From the human T2T-CHM13v2.0 reference genome, Homo sapiens: a stretch of 64,000 bases of DNA. The stretch lies in NCBI RefSeq assembly GCF_009914755.1, contig NC_060935.1; one strand, 5' to 3'. The translations under genes were made by a program, and so were the position numbers. How positions within the stretch are numbered: the stretch's first letter is position 1; every line of letters starts with the position of its first letter. Positions 59,881-64,000 of the stretch are shown one piece after another. A model generated the notes under the pieces. That model ran no database searches, was not told where the DNA came from, and worked only from the letters and a program-made list of their open reading frames with translations.

Positions 59881-60602
59881 TAAATAGTATTTTCTTCAGG
59901 TAGAGACAGTCTCCTGCCATTTGTCAGTTATACATTGACATTGTCAGTGTTATGTGTCCAGCAGAAGTCAAAGGAAAATGTTCCTAGCATCAAGTTCTCT
60001 TTATTTTCATTAGTTGCTTTAAATCACACACATTTTTATTTTCTTATTATTTATTGCATTTCTATTAGCCAATATTTTTCTTGCATTGTATGCTTTTATC
60101 ACATCCTCAAGTTTTCCATTCTCTCAGTCAGTATCTATACAATGGAGTCCCCTTTGTTTCCCTCCAAGTCCCCTTTGTTTCCGGCTCCAGTAGATGCTGG
60201 TTATCTTTTAGGCCTATTGCACAACTGGCATCCCAGAACTTTCTTTTATTGCTCTTAGGAGTTGGAGCCATAATTTTTTGCCTCTCATAGCATCCCTTTG
60301 TTTGTTTGTTCTTTGTATTCCATTAGTTTGCTGGAGTACATCCTCAAGTTACTTTCCAATATGCTTCTTTGTAGACCAAGGAATTTTGAGATACACACAC
60401 AGAAAGGAAATAAACTGGCTTATTTCCTGCTTTTTCAGTCCACCAACCAGAACTATCTTTTGGTAAATACGTGAATGGGCATTTATTCACTCAACATGGA
60501 GAATTCAGTGAGCACAAATGATTCAACATTATGTCAGGAAAAGAATTTATTTTGTTAATCTGTTCTACCAGTAAACTTTAGAAAAGTTTACCGGCAATTA
60601 TC

Positions 60603-60885
60603 TGGCCGGGCGTGGTGACTCACACCTGTAATCCTAGCACTTTGGGAGGCTGAGGTGGGTGGATCACGAGGTCAGGAGTTCAAGACCAGCTTGGCCAAGA
60701 TGGTGAAACCTCGTCTCTACTAAAAATACAAAAACTAGCCAGGTGTTGTGGCGGGTGCCTATAATCCCAGCTACTCAGGAGGCTGAGGCAGAGAATTGCT
60801 TGAGCTCAGGAGGCAGAGGGTGCAGTGAGCCAAGATCGCGCCACTGCACTCCAGCCTGGGCAACAGAGCGAGACAAAAAAAAAAA
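60603..60885 (+). mobile_element. Alu followed by (GA)/(GGGA) repeats
   Basis: Alu consensus. Confidence 0.95.
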
Positions 60886-61522
60886 GAGAGAGAGAGGGAG
60901 GGAGGGAGGGAGGGAGGGAGGAAGGGGCGGGCAATAATGTGATTAATGCAACTTCTTAAGGCAAAGAAATTGAAATAAATTTTAAGAAGAGCTCAACGGG
61001 AACATTCAGATCGTTATAAAACACTATAATATAGGCACATAAAAGCTCAGATGAAGAGACAAAATTCTATGTAGTTAACTGGCAGAATAAGAGAAAAACA
61101 CCACAAAATGGGGAAAATTGTGCAGTGAAGAAGAGGAAAGAATACCAAATGACAGATGAGGGACAAGTACTTTGGAAGGGTCACTAAAATCTACGATAAA
61201 AAAGATTCCTTAAATATCCTAGAGGCAGAAAAAAGTACTTAGAGGATCAGTGAAATACTTGGTGGACATGAAGTGTGAGGTAGCTACATTATCTGTTTGT
61301 GAGAATGATGGAGTTTGGAGTTTCTCATAAAAGCATTAAAAAAGTACTCCTAGAGTAATTAAGAAGGAATTATACGTTAAACAATAAGTCGTATTTATTG
61401 AACCTCCATAGATATATATGTATGCTATAAGCCAAAAAAATAAACAGATTCAAATAATTTTAGATATAAATTTAAAACTATCAATATCAATAGGTCTAAA
61501 TATTCATGGGCAATACATCCAT

Positions 61523-61527
<5 letters not shown>

Positions 61528-61597
<70 letters not shown>

Positions 61598-61895
61598 GGT
61601 TTTTTGTTTTTTGAGATGAAGTCTCGCTCTGTCGCCCATGCTGGAGTGCAGTGGCGTGACCTCGGCTCACCACTATCTCCACCTCCTGGGTTCAAGCAAT
61701 TCTCCCTGCTTCAGCCTCCCAAGTAGCTGGGATTACAGGCGCCCGTCACCATGCCCGGCTAATTTTTGTATTTTTAGTAAAGACGGGGTTTCGCCACGTT
61801 GGCCAGGCTGGTCTCGAACTCCTGGACTCAAGTGATCTGCCCATCTCGGCCTCCCAAACTGCTGGGATTACGGGCATGAGCCACTGTGCCCAGCC
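61528..61895 (-). mobile_element. Alu with poly(A) tail abutting a (TA)n microsatellite
   Basis: Alu consensus; (TA) about 21 units at 61528-61570; TSD atccatacta. Confidence 0.95.
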
Positions 61896-62960
61896 ATCCA
61901 TACTATATTAAAGAAAATTTGGATATTTGGAAGTTATCTTTGACTATTTAAAATGTTGTTACGTAAGATAGTCATTTATTCACTCAACTAATATTTACTA
62001 GGAAACCCCAAGGTTTCATATTCCGAAAGATAAAACAATAAAAAACATGATTTCTGTCCTCAGATTACTGATAGTGAAGTAATAAAAGATGGCAATGCTA
62101 TGCAGTAAGTACTACAATAGCATCACTTACGAGATTCTATGGAAGCACATGCCATAGACTTAAAGGACAAGAAAGAATTCCTGGAAGAACAAAGTCTCTC
62201 GTATTAGTTAACCAAGAGTTAGCCAGGGAAGATGAAGAGGAAGGGAGATGTTTTATTTAGAGAGAACAATATGTGAAAAAGCCTAATGTTATGAAATACA
62301 CGACAAAAGTTGTATGTGGCTGATGCATGGGAATATGTGGAAGAGTATCAGGAGAGGAAGTTACAGTGTTGATAGTACACGTTATGAAATAACTTTTATG
62401 CCAATCTAAAGAAATCAAAGATGCTGTTGAAGGAATAAAATCAGAGGAGTGTCATGATCAGATTTATATTTTAGCTCATTATAGCAAAGGGGCAGAGGAT
62501 GAATTGAAAACAGGCTGGAGGCAAAGAGTAAAGTAGAAAGCTGTTATAATGTTCTAGGCAAGAAGATGGCTATGGAGGTGGAACTGGATGGAGTAGATAG
62601 GATCAGTAGGAGTCAAGGATTAATTATAGATGAAGCATGAACAGCATTGCCAGAAATGGAATTCTTGTAGATTATGAAAACTTTATTTTCACATTTTAAC
62701 ATAAATTTTTCTAAAATACAATGCATATTTCTATAATCTTTCATATAGTTTATGATAAAAGTGGTTTGATCTTTTCTTCATGCCCTACAATCATTATTAT
62801 GAGCATTAAATATTCTCCTCCATTATATTATTGTACTGCCTTTGAGCTATTAAGCTTTATTTAGGCTATAATAAGTAGCCTGTAACAGTTAAGTTTGGTG
62901 AGTTCTTGCATTGAGGATTATCTATCTTCTTGTAATTTCTCTTTTTAAAATTAAACTGTT

Positions 62961-63255
62961 GGCTGGGCGCAGTGGCTCACGCCTTTAATCCCAGCACTTT
63001 GGGAGGCCAAGGTGGGTGCGTTACTTGAGGTCAGGAGTTCAAGACCAGCCTGGCCAACCTGGTGAAACCCCGTCTCTACTAAAAATACAAAAATTAGCTG
63101 GGCATTGTGGCGCATGCCTGTAATCCCAGCTATTCAGGAGGCTGAGGCAAGAGAATCTCCTGAACCTGGGAGGCAAAGGTTGTGGTGAGCCGAGATCATG
63201 CCACAGCACTCCAGCCTGGGTGACAGAGCGAGTCTCCATTTAAAAATAATAATAA
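62961..63255 (+). mobile_element. Alu
   Basis: Alu consensus. Confidence 0.95.
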
Positions 63256-63281
63256 TAAATTAAATTAAACCAAATTAAACT

Positions 63282-64000
63282 CTTTATTTTGAGGTAATTG
63301 TAGATTCACAGGCAATTGTAAAAAATAAAACAGAGAGATTCCATATACCTTTTACCCAGTTTCCCCCAATGATAACATCTTGCAAAACTATATAGTACAA
63401 TATCACAACTAGCATAATAATATGTTTACAGTCAAGAAATAGAACAGTTCCATCACCACAAAGATCCCTCAAGTGTTGTCCTTTTATAGCCACACCTACT
63501 TCTCTCCCAGTCCCACCCCCTGGAAATCACTAATATGATGTTCTCCATTTCTACAGTTTTTTCATTTCCAGAGTGTTGTATAAAGGGGATCATACCATAT
63601 ATAACCTTTGAGGATTGACTTTTCTCAGTACAATTCTTTGGGATTCATTCAAGTTGTAGTGTGTATCAGTAGCTTTTTCATTCTTATTGCTGAATATTTA
63701 TTATTATTATTATTTCATGATATGGATGCACCAGAGTTTGACCATTCACCCATTGAAGGACATGATATGTCAGTCTATTATAAATGAAGTTGATAAAAAC
63801 ATTCACATACAGGTTTTTGTATAAACATAAGCCTTTATTTCTCTGGGATAAGTGACCATGAGTACTCTGGTTAGGTCATATGGTAGTTGCCCATTTAGTG
63901 TGTTTAAAAACTGCCAGCCGTTTTTCAGAGTATAAGCGTGATCCAGCTTTTCCTCATCCTCACTAGCATTTGGTATTGTCACTATTTTTTATTTTAATCA
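63282..64000 (-). mobile_element. Old L1 (L1MC/MD-like) 3' end
   Basis: tttattttgaggtaattgtagattcaca...cccagtttcccccaatgataacatcttgc...ccattcacccattgaaggacat. Confidence 0.8.

Overview
Primate (almost certainly human) genomic DNA, AT-rich and repeat-dense, recognisable as the ANGPTL5/CEP126 locus on 11q22. The complete ANGPTL5 coding sequence lies on the minus strand in 8 coding exons (43025 down to 26394; 1167 nt, 388 aa plus stop, all splice phases consistent). A CpG island at about 49960-50570 holds the start of CEP126 (KIAA1377) on the plus strand. CEP126 coding exons 1 (50396-50523) and 2 (57754-57873) are joined by a U12-type (minor spliceosome) GT-AG intron. The rest is Alu, L1, MaLR/ERV1 LTRs, DNA transposon fossils and microsatellites. 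The most unusual structure is a 323-bp mosaic at 7603-7925. It is built from four pieces copied from other sites within 3 kb, three inverted and one direct, which suggests serial template switching. It also creates a 144-bp inverted repeat and a chimeric ORF. Other points of interest are a TISU/YY1-embedded uORF and an in-frame uORF in the CEP126 leader, a probable head-to-head overlap of the two genes, and an internally deleted provirus that keeps its PBS and PPT. Repeat boundaries and subfamilies were assigned by eye and are approximate.
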